From assembly GCA_964631935.1 (NCBI GenBank), contig CAZWAV010000001.1, positions 116,482 through 180,481 of the forward strand: a stretch of DNA of 64,000 nt. The letters run 5' to 3'. The notes below the pieces were generated by a model. The model saw only the letters and a list, made by a program, of their open reading frames with translations. It ran no database searches and was not told the DNA's origin. This document shows positions 49,011 through 58,995 of the stretch, piece after piece. Made by a program: the position numbers and the translations under genes. Every line of letters starts with the position of its first letter. The stretch's first letter is position 1. The stretch is from an uncultured Candidatus Saccharibacteria bacterium (GTDB lineage: Bacteria > Patescibacteriota > Minisyncoccia > Phycocordibacterales > UBA9973).

Positions 49011-50879
49011 TTTACAAGAATTATTTATAAATCCAATTGTAACTTGTCCAACATATCCATCTGATTGGATATTAAAGTATGTCTGCATGCGTTTTATTGC
49101 TTTCTCTGAGATAGGCCCCAGATTGCCATCCTCTTTACCTGCATTAAACCCAAGTCTATTTAAATGGGCCTGGAGTATTTTAGCTTCTTTCACAATTCCT
49201 TTCGTATAAGAATTATATTTACCATCTACTGATCCCAATTTTAATTTTTGAGTTATCAATCTATCAGGAGCACAAAGTTGTACCACCTTATCAAGGCTAT
49301 TAAACTGATCTGGGAATTGCTTTATGATTGCGTCTGCTGCTTGCGTATTACCTATGGCAAGCAGATTTTGCACCCGACTCTGAGCGGTCGAATGGCTACT
49401 CCTACTCGATACGGTTGTACTACACGTTGTACCACCATCAGTAATAGTCCAACCATACGTACTGATAATACTTGCTCTTTGGGTAGCTGATGTACAATAC
49501 GTACTATTTCCTCCATCAAATGTTACATTTGATTTCAAAGCAAGTGCTGACCATTTTGTAATAAGTGCATCATAGTTTGTAGTAGAGAGTTTTACTCCAT
49601 TAAACATATTATTCATATAACTAACATTCGACACATCCCAATCACTAATATCTTGATCAAAAGACACTGCACTATCAAACAGGCTCGATAAAGACAGGAG
49701 GTTTGATACATTCCACGAATTTAATGGCTGATTAAATGAGGTTGCGCTATTAAACATTCCTTCTATTGATGAAGAAGATGATATATCCCAAGAATTTAAC
49801 GGTTGATTAAATGAGGTTGCTTGCTGAAACATAGAATCCATACTAAGTACATTTGATACATTCCACGAGTTTAAAGGTTGATTAAAAGATGTCGCACCAC
49901 TAAACATATACCCAATATCTACTACAGAAGACACGTTCCAAGAGTTTAATGGTTGATTAAAAGATGTCGCACCATTAAACATACTATTCATACTCTGTAC
50001 ATTCCCAACATTCCATGGGTCTAATGGTTGATTAAAAGATGTCGCTCCTTCAAACATACTACTCATGTCTGTTACTGAAGAAGTATTAAAATCATTTACA
50101 ATCCCATTAAACGAAGTTGCCCCTTTAAACATATTACTCATATTAGTCACTGACGATGTTGTTGTCCAGATAAAACCTTGATTAAAAGATGTCGCTCCTT
50201 CAAACATACCACCCATGTTTGTTACTGAAGAAACATCCCAACTTCCTAGATATTGATTAAAAGACGTTGCCCCTTTAAACATATTACTCATATTTGTTAC
50301 AACTGGGGCAAACCAAAAAGCAATACCAGAGTTATTAAAAGATGTTGCTCCTTCAAACATGCTACTTACAGTAGTAACATTTGTAAAATCCCAAGAAGAA
50401 GTATCAGGATTGACAGATGTCGCATCTCGAAACATCCCACTCATATCGGTCACAGTAGATAGGTTAGGTGCATCTCCGGCATTTATCACAAGATTGTTCG
50501 CCCCATAAAATGCATTGGCCATAGAAGTCCACACCTGGGAGCCCCATGACTCTACAGACAATATTTTACTTTTGTCTCCTCCGTTATTAAAGTATATACG
50601 TGGAAACGCCCCAGAAATAGTGATCGTATATGTTCCCGGAGATGAGTAAGTATGAGTGATGCTCCCTGTCACACCAGTATTCGAATTAGTATCCCCCCAG
50701 TTAACAGTATAGTTGTAAGTATCGCCAGTATGTGTAGGTATTGTTATTTGATTTGAAGTAGATACTCCCGGATTATCAGTCTTCCATGTTGTAATAAATT
50801 CACCTACAGCAAAAGCACTCTTTGGTAATATGAGTATGTTTAAAAATATAAAGAATAGAATATATGTTATTTTTTTCAT
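49008..50879 (-). CDS. large secreted surface protein: signal peptide, PKD/Ig-like N-domain, ~11 tandem 26-residue repeats (DUF285/TIGR02167-like), C-terminal peptidoglycan-binding domain
   Basis: 623 aa. The unit ...MFxGATSFNQPLNSWNVSxVxxMxx... has a 26-aa period. The C-terminus carries a PG_binding_1-like region, LNRLGFNAGKEDGNLGPISEKAIKRMQ. Confidence 0.7.
   Translation of the reverse strand: MKKITYILFFIFLNILILPKSAFAVGEFITTWKTDNPGVSTSNQITIPTHTGDTYNYTVNWGDTNSNTGVTGSITHTYSSPGTYTITISGAFPRIYFNNGGDKSKILSVESWGSQVWTSMANAFYGANNLVINAGDAPNLSTVTDMSGMFRDATSVNPDTSSWDFTNVTTVSSMFEGATSFNNSGIAFWFAPVVTNMSNMFKGATSFNQYLGSWDVSSVTNMGGMFEGATSFNQGFIWTTTSSVTNMSNMFKGATSFNGIVNDFNTSSVTDMSSMFEGATSFNQPLDPWNVGNVQSMNSMFNGATSFNQPLNSWNVSSVVDIGYMFSGATSFNQPLNSWNVSNVLSMDSMFQQATSFNQPLNSWDISSSSSIEGMFNSATSFNQPLNSWNVSNLLSLSSLFDSAVSFDQDISDWDVSNVSYMNNMFNGVKLSTTNYDALITKWSALALKSNVTFDGGNSTYCTSATQRASIISTYGWTITDGGTTCSTTVSSRSSHSTAQSRVQNLLAIGNTQAADAIIKQFPDQFNSLDKVVQLCAPDRLITQKLKLGSVDGKYNSYTKGIVKEAKILQAHLNRLGFNAGKEDGNLGPISEKAIKRMQTYFNIQSDGYVGQVTIGFINNSCK
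49440..50370 (-). repeat. ~78-bp tandem coding repeats (about 11 units) inside the surface-protein gene
   Basis: Protein-level 26-aa periodicity. The DNA units are degenerate. Confidence 0.6.
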
Positions 50880-50940
50880 TAGAAGCTCTCATATTATAAC
50901 ATAAAATGAACATAGAAAATTAAATTTACAGGGAATATAC

Positions 50941-51384
50941 TTATTTCTGAGCTTCTACAAGTATTTCACACTTCCCTACTTTGTCACCTTTTTTGATTGT
51001 GACCTTGTGAGATCCTAATTCTTTTATATGATCTATGACGATAGAATGCTCATCGATGGTGATACCAGTATTTTTTTCTATAGCAGAAGCAACATCGTGA
51101 GCACTAACTGATTTAAATAGATGCCCTTTTTCGTTGGCTTTAACAAAAATTGTAATCTTTTTATTGTCTATGGAAGAAATAAGTTCATTAAATAGCTTAC
51201 TTTCTTCTTCTTTCTTTTTATTCATTCCGGCCTTCTTGGCTTCCAGTCGTGCAAGCGCTTGTGGAGTCGCAAGTTCTGCTAATCCTTTAGACAAGAGTAC
51301 ATTTTGAGCATAACCTTGGGCGAAATCTTTTACATCATATCTATTGCCAACTTTAGGAATATCTGTAAGTAATATAACTTTCAT
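50941..51384 (-). CDS. rplI: 50S ribosomal protein L9
   Basis: 147 aa. MKVILLTDIPKVGNRYDVKDFAQGYAQN. Confidence 0.85.
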   Translation of the reverse strand: MKVILLTDIPKVGNRYDVKDFAQGYAQNVLLSKGLAELATPQALARLEAKKAGMNKKKEEESKLFNELISSIDNKKITIFVKANEKGHLFKSVSAHDVASAIEKNTGITIDEHSIVIDHIKELGSHKVTIKKGDKVGKCEILVEAQK

Positions 51385-51390
51385 ATTTAA

Positions 51391-52611
51391 TTAAGGTTTA
51401 GCTGTTAATATTTCGACAGCTTTATCCATCTGTGGATCTTTCTTTGCGTCAAAATCTTTTTGTGTAAATGGGACACTTACATCTGGATCAAGACCATGCT
51501 CTGATATAGATAGACCATTAGGAGTTAGCCATCTTGCTACTGTGACTTTCAATGATGTGTCTTCTGTAACTGGTAGTAACTCCTGCACAGATCCCTTACC
51601 AAAAGTCCTAGTACCTACTAGAGTCGCTATGCCATGCTCTTTTAATGCACCAGCTAGTATTTCGGCAGCAGAAGCCGAACCACTATCGACAAGTACAACG
51701 AAATCAAGTTTATCATCAAATAATTTTGGTCCGTGACTACGATAGACTACGGGCTTTTTATTTTGACCAAAGTCTTCGCTTACTATTGTCTTACCTTCAT
51801 CTATAAATAGAGAACCAATGTTTACTGCTGCATCGAGGTATCCTCCTGGATTGCCACGCATATCAAGGACCAATTTATGAGATCCAGAAGATATAAATCT
51901 ATCTATTGCACCCTTGAATAGGTTCGCTGAATTCTCTGAGAAGCTATAAAACTTTATGACAAATATATTGTCTGCACGTAATTCTGTATCTATAGTAGGA
52001 ATCTCTATGTTCTCTCTTATCATTTTAAATTCACGAGTTGTACGCTCTCCAGGCCGAAGGATGACAAGTGTTACTTCAGTGCCTTGTGGCCCACGAATAA
52101 GATTAATAGCTCCATCTACAGTCATATCAGTAGTTTCTGTTTTGTCTATTTTTAATATCTTATCTCCAGACTTTATTCCAGCTTTTGAAGATGGTGTATC
52201 TTTGAGTGGAGAAATTATAGTTAACAATTTGTCTTTAATACCAATCTCGGCACCTATTCCTCCAAATGAGCCGTGAATTTCTTCGTTGAATAACTTATTC
52301 TCTTTTGGTGAGAAAAATACTGTATATGGATCCCCTAGCGAAGAAGCCATACCTGAAATAGCACCATAGACACGATCTTGATCAGTGACTTTGTTTGCGT
52401 AGATAGATTTTTCATTTAACAAATTCCAAACTTTCCAAAAAGAATTAAAGTCAGCTTTATTTTCAGCTGGTACTTCTTTATTTGTGACAGATAGGACTTT
52501 TTCTATTTCTGGTCTGCGAGAATATCCTACATATGTACCCAAACTAAAAACCCCTCCAATAAGTACTATGGATACGATTATATAGATTAGTGTCTTTTGA
52601 TTTTGTTTCAT
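51391..52611 (-). CDS. ctpA: carboxyl-terminal processing protease (S41 family) with PDZ domain
   Basis: 406 aa. N-terminal TM, a PDZ domain, and the S41 catalytic region GSASAAEILAG...K. Confidence 0.85.
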   Translation of the reverse strand: MKQNQKTLIYIIVSIVLIGGVFSLGTYVGYSRRPEIEKVLSVTNKEVPAENKADFNSFWKVWNLLNEKSIYANKVTDQDRVYGAISGMASSLGDPYTVFFSPKENKLFNEEIHGSFGGIGAEIGIKDKLLTIISPLKDTPSSKAGIKSGDKILKIDKTETTDMTVDGAINLIRGPQGTEVTLVILRPGERTTREFKMIRENIEIPTIDTELRADNIFVIKFYSFSENSANLFKGAIDRFISSGSHKLVLDMRGNPGGYLDAAVNIGSLFIDEGKTIVSEDFGQNKKPVVYRSHGPKLFDDKLDFVVLVDSGSASAAEILAGALKEHGIATLVGTRTFGKGSVQELLPVTEDTSLKVTVARWLTPNGLSISEHGLDPDVSVPFTQKDFDAKKDPQMDKAVEILTAKP

Positions 52612-52631
52612 TAGGTCTAATTATCGCAAAA

Positions 52632-53858
52632 TTATTGCTTGATTTCAAGGTCGAGCGCAGAAGGCGTATACTTATTCCTTGGGTCCCACAACATCCATGA
52701 ATTAAGACCATTGTCATACACAGCTTTCATCTCAGAGCGAATCATAGCGCCTGTGTAAGTAGCCCCTAAATTGAAGTCTTGTAGCCAAGGACGTATCTTA
52801 TGAATATCTTGACCAGGAACCGCGTTAGTCTTTTTAACAGCACCACTTAGTGCTTTATGAATTATTTCATACGGGTGATCAGCTGGGTTCTTGAATCCAT
52901 CTTGACCACTAGGATAATGAGATGGGTAGACCATTGGTGCTAAATAATCAAAATATGGTAGAGCTTTTTCCCAGACTTGGCCGATTCCCATATCATCTGT
53001 CGATTCAGTTGTAAGACCGAAGAGATCTGCTGAAGTTATGATATTATCATTCTTTTTCACTTCTGTTGATAAATATTCAAAGAATGCTTTCAAGTTATCT
53101 GATCTTGTTGCACCAGCAGCGAGATGGTAATTGATATCTTTTATATTTCCATCTGATGGGTAACGGATGTAATCGAAATTGATCTCATCAAACCCTTCTG
53201 CATATGCATCATGAGCAATAGCAACTATATACTTCCAGACTTCTTTATTTGCTGGATCAAGGAATGATAAACCTTTATTGTCTTTCCAAACTTTTCCATC
53301 ACTTTTACGAGTTATAGCCCACTCAGGCTTTGCTTTAGTCATGTATGGATCTTGGAATACAGCAACGCGACCGATTATATAGATATTTTTTTGATGGAGC
53401 ATGTTTGTAAGACTGCGTATGTCTGAAATACGTCCTTCTACAGAGCCGAAATTATTTAAGTCTTTACTAGATGTCTGAAAACTAATTCTACCTGTAGAAT
53501 CTTTTACATCGACAACAATAGAATTGAGCTCAGTGTCATCTATGAGTTTTATAATGGGGTCGCGATACTTTGAATTACCAGCAACCCAACTTGATATGTA
53601 TACTGCTTTCACCGCAGATGGAGTCTTGATATGTATTACGGGCACAGGAGCAGGTGGCGTAGAAATATTAGCTATTGGGGGAGTAACGACATCTATGGGT
53701 TTATTACTATCTACTATTTCATTACTCGTAGTGGCTTTTAAGCTATTGTACTCAACTTGTCCCGTAAACATTGGCCATTCATAATAAACAACAACCCCAC
53801 ATACTACTAGTGTGAGGCTTGCAAGTAAAACTTTTTTCTTATTTTTCGTAAATGGCAT
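52632..53858 (-). CDS. putative TIM-barrel glycoside-hydrolase-like protein (GHL/DUF4015-like), membrane-anchored
   Basis: 408 aa. N-terminal TM, a P-rich linker, then a domain with alternating beta/alpha character. The family assignment is tentative. Confidence 0.4.
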   Translation of the reverse strand: MPFTKNKKKVLLASLTLVVCGVVVYYEWPMFTGQVEYNSLKATTSNEIVDSNKPIDVVTPPIANISTPPAPVPVIHIKTPSAVKAVYISSWVAGNSKYRDPIIKLIDDTELNSIVVDVKDSTGRISFQTSSKDLNNFGSVEGRISDIRSLTNMLHQKNIYIIGRVAVFQDPYMTKAKPEWAITRKSDGKVWKDNKGLSFLDPANKEVWKYIVAIAHDAYAEGFDEINFDYIRYPSDGNIKDINYHLAAGATRSDNLKAFFEYLSTEVKKNDNIITSADLFGLTTESTDDMGIGQVWEKALPYFDYLAPMVYPSHYPSGQDGFKNPADHPYEIIHKALSGAVKKTNAVPGQDIHKIRPWLQDFNLGATYTGAMIRSEMKAVYDNGLNSWMLWDPRNKYTPSALDLEIKQ

Positions 53859-53859
53859 T

Positions 53860-54072
53860 TTATTCCCCGCTTCCTATATTATCTACAAATGTTTTGCTTA
53901 TATCAGCTTCTGGCATATTTTTCTTGGCCTGCATATAAAAAAGGTATCCTATATACATTATAGTCAAACCAGTAATAACAAAAAGGAATGTTCGCCACAA
54001 GGACGGGAACCCAGAAAAAGGTAACAATATTACCCATAAACCTATTATCAAAAGTGCTCGTTCTTTTCTCAT
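53860..54072 (-). CDS. hypothetical small membrane protein
   Basis: 70 aa with two TM helices. Confidence 0.35.
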   Translation of the reverse strand: MRKERALLIIGLWVILLPFSGFPSLWRTFLFVITGLTIMYIGYLFYMQAKKNMPEADISKTFVDNIGSGE

Positions 54073-54091
54073 ACAAATTATTATAGCTTAT

Positions 54092-54781
54092 TTACCTGGG
54101 AGCGACAATAACAACAAACTCCCCTCTTTGCTTGTCTTTATTAGTATTAAAATATTCAATAACTTCCTTTGATGTACCCCTAATAAACTCTTCAAACTTT
54201 TTTGTAATCTCTCGAGCAATGACTATTTCACGATCAGGAATTGATTCATCTAGAGATGACAATGTTTTCATCATTCTATGAGTAGACTCATAGAAAACCA
54301 CCATTTCTTTCTTGAGAGCAATCTCCTTAAATAAAGTAGATCTACCCTTCTTGTGTGGCAAAAATCCCAGGAAAGTAAAGGAAGCTGAGGATACACCACT
54401 AGCAGAAAGACTCGCAATAAGGGCACTTGGGCCGGGTATAGGCACAACCTTTGCATCTTGACCAAGCTCTTTATAAACATTTGATACTAGTAGTACTCCC
54501 GGATCAGAGATACATGGAGTTCCAGCATCTGAAACAAGAGCTAGATTCTGGCCTTCTTTTAGCATGCTAATAATCTTAGATTCTTTAGCTCCAGTGCTAT
54601 GTGCATGATAACTCATACTTTTTGTATGTATATCATATCGATCGAGCAAATTCTTAGTGGTGCGAGTATCTTCACACAAAATACAATCCACTTCTTTAAG
54701 CACGCGAATAGCACGAAGAGTAATATCTTCAAGATTCCCTATTGGAGTGGCTACTATAAAAAGAGTACCTATACTATTCAT
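54092..54781 (-). CDS. rsmI: 16S rRNA (cytidine1402-2'-O)-methyltransferase
   Basis: LFIVATPIGNLEDITLRAIRVLKEVDCILCEDTR. Start placed at MNSIG. Confidence 0.85.
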   Translation of the reverse strand: MNSIGTLFIVATPIGNLEDITLRAIRVLKEVDCILCEDTRTTKNLLDRYDIHTKSMSYHAHSTGAKESKIISMLKEGQNLALVSDAGTPCISDPGVLLVSNVYKELGQDAKVVPIPGPSALIASLSASGVSSASFTFLGFLPHKKGRSTLFKEIALKKEMVVFYESTHRMMKTLSSLDESIPDREIVIAREITKKFEEFIRGTSKEVIEYFNTNKDKQRGEFVVIVAPR

Positions 54782-54932
54782 GTAGAGCAATTATAGCACA
54801 AAACAAAAGCTATTATCTTTTGATAAATAAGGCTATATTTGACATAAATGATATATATGCTAGAATACATAAGAATTATTTATGTAACCCCAGTTAAATT
54901 CTGGATTTTTAAAACTTAAAACTCTTAGAGAA

Positions 54933-55736
54933 ATGAAAAAGTTAAAAACCCCCAACTCGACCTTGATGAGCAACTACATCAAAAACATTACATTCTTAAC
55001 AGTACCAATGCTGTATATATTGTATATATTTACAGCATCTTTTAAAAAAATGGACCCTGGTAATGTCGGCAATCTAATTATCACAACATTTCTTACTTAC
55101 ATACTTATACACATAAGTGCTTATAAGTATTTAAGGAAAGATAATTATGTTGAGAAAATTAAACTGCAGGTAATTTTAACAAACCTATCACTTGAAATAG
55201 CTATATTTTTATTGGCTACAACAAAAATAGGTGGTTATATACCTAATACACCTGGCATAATATGTGCTATAGCTTGCTGGATTATCCTTACCGTGATTTT
55301 TACAAGATCTCAAATTAAAGATTGTGGTTCGTTTAAAAAAGCTTTTTCTGGTAGCAATTTATATGAGACATTAATTATCATGACAATGATAACATTTTTT
55401 ATATTTTTTGTGAGCCAGATGTTTATTTTATGGGCAACGCCTTACATATGGGTACCATTCGTAACCGGTTCAATAATGCTTGGGACTATTTACAGGAATG
55501 GAATAGTCCACGAAAGTAGCGAATTTCGGTTTAACTTATTTACCCTTATCCCTATCCTTATTGGTATTGGTATTATTTTTCACTTCTTTTATGAGAAAGT
55601 TTTTGGTTTCCCTTTGTGGAAAATTATATCTGTTATAGCGATAGTATCTTTCTTAATTTTTGCTTTTGATCGTATAAGGATACACAGACAAAAATCACAG
55701 GCAGAGGTTGATGGAGCAGGAGCTGCTCATGCATAG
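54933..55736 (+). CDS. hypothetical polytopic membrane protein
   Basis: 267 aa with about 7 TM. Confidence 0.4.
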   Translation: MKKLKTPNSTLMSNYIKNITFLTVPMLYILYIFTASFKKMDPGNVGNLIITTFLTYILIHISAYKYLRKDNYVEKIKLQVILTNLSLEIAIFLLATTKIGGYIPNTPGIICAIACWIILTVIFTRSQIKDCGSFKKAFSGSNLYETLIIMTMITFFIFFVSQMFILWATPYIWVPFVTGSIMLGTIYRNGIVHESSEFRFNLFTLIPILIGIGIIFHFFYEKVFGFPLWKIISVIAIVSFLIFAFDRIRIHRQKSQAEVDGAGAAHA

Positions 55737-55796
55737 AAAATATTTTAGTTTTAGATTATTGTTTATTCCCAATTGTTTTTACGATTGGGAATTTTT

Positions 55797-57041
55797 TTAT
55801 GCATTTTTACCAGCAACAAAACCTGTAGTCCAGCATAATTGCAAAGAGAACCCTCCAGAAGGTCGTGTAATGTGAAGTAGATCCCCCACTATATACAGAT
55901 TGTCATAGAGTTTTGATCGCATGGTCTTAGTGTCTATTTCTGTAAGAATAACTCCGCCATCAGCCACCACGGCCCTATCGTAGCCCATGAGACCTTCAAT
56001 ATTTACCGGCAAAGCTTTGAGTGTATGGACTATAACCTTTCGCTCTTCTTTTGTAATACTGTGAACCTTTGTATTAAAATCAATATTTTCAAAAATCATT
56101 TCCATGCCTTTCGCTGTACCAGGAGGAACTATTTCTTTAAAAACATTTCTCAGGGTTTTATTTTTGTTTGCATCAAATATCTTTATAATCTTTTTTTCAA
56201 GTGATCCTAGATCTGTATCGGGATAGGCATCAATTTTAGCTGTGACTTCCCCACCATGAAGTAGATCAGCAACTTTTTTAGAGCTATTGAGAATAAGAGG
56301 ACCAGAAAGTCCAAAATGTGTAAATAATATCTTTCCTGTTTTAGAGAATTGCTTCTTGCCTTCTAAATAAAAAGTAATCTTCATAAAAGTGAGAGATACA
56401 CCAGCTAGTGCATGCACCCATTTATCAGAAAGCTTGAGTGGTACGATGCTCGGTGTTGGATCTTTGACTGTGTGGCCTATGTCTTTGAGCCATTTGAATC
56501 CATCACCAGTTGAACCTGTCTCTGGATGAGACACTCCGCCTGTAGCAAAGATAAAAGATTTGGCTTTCCAAATCCCATCTTTAGTTTCAACTCCGATTAT
56601 CTTTCCGTTTTCTTTTATTATTTTATTTACTGGACTACCTGTTTTAACAGTAACCTTACCTTTTTCAACATATTTTTTCAAAACATTAAATACATCTGTA
56701 GCTTTTTCTGTATATGGAAAAGCGCGCTTTCTTGCCTGCACCACAAGAGGAAGCTGCTTGCCCTCAAAAAATTTAAAAGTATCTTTATTATCAAATTGAG
56801 AAAATGGTGAATACAGGAAATCTTCAGCAGTATCATAGAATTTCAAAAACTTTCTAGGGTCTTCTTCGGCGTTAGTCACATTACATCTCTCTCCACCAGT
56901 AATACGTAACTTCTCACCAAGAGACTTGTTTTTCTCAAGCAGTAAGACTTTCTTGCCTAAGCCCGCTGAAGTACCAGCTGCCATCATGCCAGCTGCTCCT
57001 CCACCCACCACAATAACATCGAATATTTCAGGTTGTTTCAT
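55797..57041 (-). CDS. NAD(P)/FAD-dependent oxidoreductase, HI0933/BaiN-like flavoprotein family
   Basis: 414 aa. Rossmann DVIVVGGGAAGMMAA and family-typical length. Confidence 0.75.
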   Translation of the reverse strand: MKQPEIFDVIVVGGGAAGMMAAGTSAGLGKKVLLLEKNKSLGEKLRITGGERCNVTNAEEDPRKFLKFYDTAEDFLYSPFSQFDNKDTFKFFEGKQLPLVVQARKRAFPYTEKATDVFNVLKKYVEKGKVTVKTGSPVNKIIKENGKIIGVETKDGIWKAKSFIFATGGVSHPETGSTGDGFKWLKDIGHTVKDPTPSIVPLKLSDKWVHALAGVSLTFMKITFYLEGKKQFSKTGKILFTHFGLSGPLILNSSKKVADLLHGGEVTAKIDAYPDTDLGSLEKKIIKIFDANKNKTLRNVFKEIVPPGTAKGMEMIFENIDFNTKVHSITKEERKVIVHTLKALPVNIEGLMGYDRAVVADGGVILTEIDTKTMRSKLYDNLYIVGDLLHITRPSGGFSLQLCWTTGFVAGKNA

Positions 57042-57178
57042 ATATAAACAATATAAACTTATTGCAGTCTAGCATGGAATTTCATAATTAAAAAAGATTG
57101 ATTAATATAAAACATTGACTAGATACCTCTATGCTTGTAGTATGTAAATGAATTATTAACCCTTTAAAAAATCTTTAT

Positions 57179-57745
57179 ATGTCTTACCTTAATAGTTACT
57201 TTCTGCACCCCGAAAATAAATTTAAGTATGTAAATGACAGAATACTCTGGGATCATATATTCTATAGGCCGTTTCCTGTAGACTGTAATGATAAAAATAA
57301 AGGTATTGTCATACTTAGTGATTATTTCTTTGTAGAAACAATATTCATAAGAGATAACGAGTGTTTCTATCGAGAAACAAAACGAATATGCACAAAACCT
57401 ATATTCCACGAAGTGGAGAGTAGTGAGAGGAATACTGCATTCCTTTGTCTATGTAATTTTTTAATGCGTTACAACAGGAAGCATATAATGTGTTATATAG
57501 ATATACCTAAACACCCTGAGGTGGAAATAAAAGAAGACTATCATCCTATTGCATTTTATTACAATTCACCTATATATCCCAGAATAGATGATAATAAATG
57601 GTTGGAAATAGATTTTTGTAATAGAAGTTTCTACACAGAATGCTACCTTTACAGTCTTAACACTATGGATGGTGCATTTAGTGGTAATGGGACTTCAATG
57701 TTTTATAGTTTCCAATGTTTCTGTGGATTTTTATTGCAGTATTAA
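57179..57745 (+). CDS. hypothetical Cys/Tyr/Phe-rich protein
   Basis: 188 aa in a very AT-rich stretch. No family recognised. Confidence 0.3.
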   Translation: MSYLNSYFLHPENKFKYVNDRILWDHIFYRPFPVDCNDKNKGIVILSDYFFVETIFIRDNECFYRETKRICTKPIFHEVESSERNTAFLCLCNFLMRYNRKHIMCYIDIPKHPEVEIKEDYHPIAFYYNSPIYPRIDDNKWLEIDFCNRSFYTECYLYSLNTMDGAFSGNGTSMFYSFQCFCGFLLQY

Positions 57746-57766
57746 AAAATGAGATAGATCTATGAA

Positions 57767-57800
57767 GCCAACATGTTAATAATGTTGGCTTTTATTTTTT
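57767..57800 (+). terminator. rho-independent terminator
   Basis: GCCAACAT-gttaata-ATGTTGGC followed by TTTTATTTTTT. Confidence 0.5.
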
Positions 57801-57809
57801 GATATCTGT

Positions 57810-57838
57810 TTGACAAAATGGTAAAAATATGCTAATTT
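57810..57838 (+). promoter_or_regulatory. putative promoter TTGACA-17-TAATTT
   Basis: A consensus -35 with a weak -10, upstream of a structured leader. Confidence 0.35.
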
Positions 57839-57860
57839 AAAATAAATCAGAGTGGTAAAT

Positions 57861-57913
57861 TTGATTTGGTTACCATAGATCCCCTACTTAAGGGTTTGCG
57901 GTAACCAAATCAA
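57861..57913 (+). promoter_or_regulatory. structured 5' leader: 14-bp inverted repeat enclosing a small hairpin, ending 10 nt before ATG of 57924 gene
   Basis: TTGATTTGGTTACC ... GGTAACCAAATCAA, with an internal CCCT-actta-AGGG stem. Confidence 0.4.
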
Positions 57914-57923
57914 CCTAAAAGCC

Positions 57924-58448
57924 ATGAAGAAAATAATGATGCTCTTGATATCTTTCATAAGTTTATCAATAGCAAAAGCACAGGAGCAAAAAGAAAAACA
58001 TTCATTTAAAGTAGAGTACATAACCCTTGGCGCAATGCTGACCGGTGGAGTAAGCTACGCTCATATACCCGACGAGAAGCCATTTGCCTGGTTCTATACC
58101 GTATCACCGAGTCTAAACTTGATAACAACAAAAACTCACCATCATGTAATGTATGAAGTGATATCCAACAGCTTCCAGACATTAAATGGATATTTGTTAC
58201 CGAGGAATTGGGATATTTATTGTTTTTATCAGAAAAACTTAAAGGACCCAGATCAATACGGAAGTATAGGCATAGAAAAAGTTATCGTGCCTGATAAAGC
58301 TGAGTGGCTCGACATAGTGTTCTTTATTGAAGCCGGTACAGATTTTCACGGATTAACGAGTTATTCTACGGGAATAACTTTACATCCGCAATGGATTTTC
58401 TTCGACAGAAGTACGGTGTTAAAAAAAGTACCTCAAATTAATTTATAG
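57924..58448 (+). CDS. hypothetical secreted protein
   Basis: 174 aa. Signal peptide MKKIMMLLISFISLSIAKAQ. Confidence 0.4.
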   Translation: MKKIMMLLISFISLSIAKAQEQKEKHSFKVEYITLGAMLTGGVSYAHIPDEKPFAWFYTVSPSLNLITTKTHHHVMYEVISNSFQTLNGYLLPRNWDIYCFYQKNLKDPDQYGSIGIEKVIVPDKAEWLDIVFFIEAGTDFHGLTSYSTGITLHPQWIFFDRSTVLKKVPQINL

Positions 58449-58561
58449 CTCATGTAGAGCTAGTAGGAAGCAGTCTCCAAAATAGGAACTGCTTCTTTTT
58501 TATATATTAAACAAAATAAAAGCCATCGTTTTACTGATGGCTTTTTTAATTTATTTACCTA

Positions 58562-58966
58562 TTATCTGAATAGGTGTATATGGGATATTGTCCCTTTTCC
58601 CTTTCCGTAGATTTTTATGATATCAACCTGACTGTTGGATATTTTTATTTTATCTCCTTTTTTGATTTGAAATCCAAAAGCCCCATCTCTACCTGGCCCA
58701 AAATTGTAAGCAAAACTGATATGGTGGTAGTAGGGTTTGTTGTGGTAGCGCATTAGTCTGAGGCTTGCATGCTCCTTCATTGCAACACCCCTTTCTCCCC
58801 TTTCTTTAGCTTTTTGTTTTGATTTTGTCTTGATATCTCTGGGTTTTGAAAACTTAATCTTAAATGTTCCAGTAGCAGAAACCGTTTTAACTCCTAACAA
58901 GACCTTTCTGAATTCATCAGCAATCTCTTTTATGTTTCTACGGGTTATTGTCTTAAAATTCTTCAT
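58562..58966 (-). CDS. hypothetical basic protein
   Basis: 134-aa ORF. Confidence 0.35.
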   Translation of the reverse strand: MKNFKTITRRNIKEIADEFRKVLLGVKTVSATGTFKIKFSKPRDIKTKSKQKAKERGERGVAMKEHASLRLMRYHNKPYYHHISFAYNFGPGRDGAFGFQIKKGDKIKISNSQVDIIKIYGKGKGTISHIHLFR

Positions 58967-58995
58967 CCTTATTTATTTTTAATGGTTAGGTAAAA

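Noticed and set aside
49440-50370. Regular ~78-bp periodicity that could be mistaken for a CRISPR array
   Set aside because: The repeats are in-frame coding repeats of a surface protein (26-aa units). There are no unique spacers, and no cas genes in the window.
57164-57409. 81-aa minus-strand ORF overlapping the 5' part of the 57179..57745 gene
   Set aside because: It is very AT-rich with low complexity (F/I/Y runs). It is mutually exclusive with the longer plus-strand ORF, and there is no support for either beyond ORF length. The longer one is kept at low confidence.
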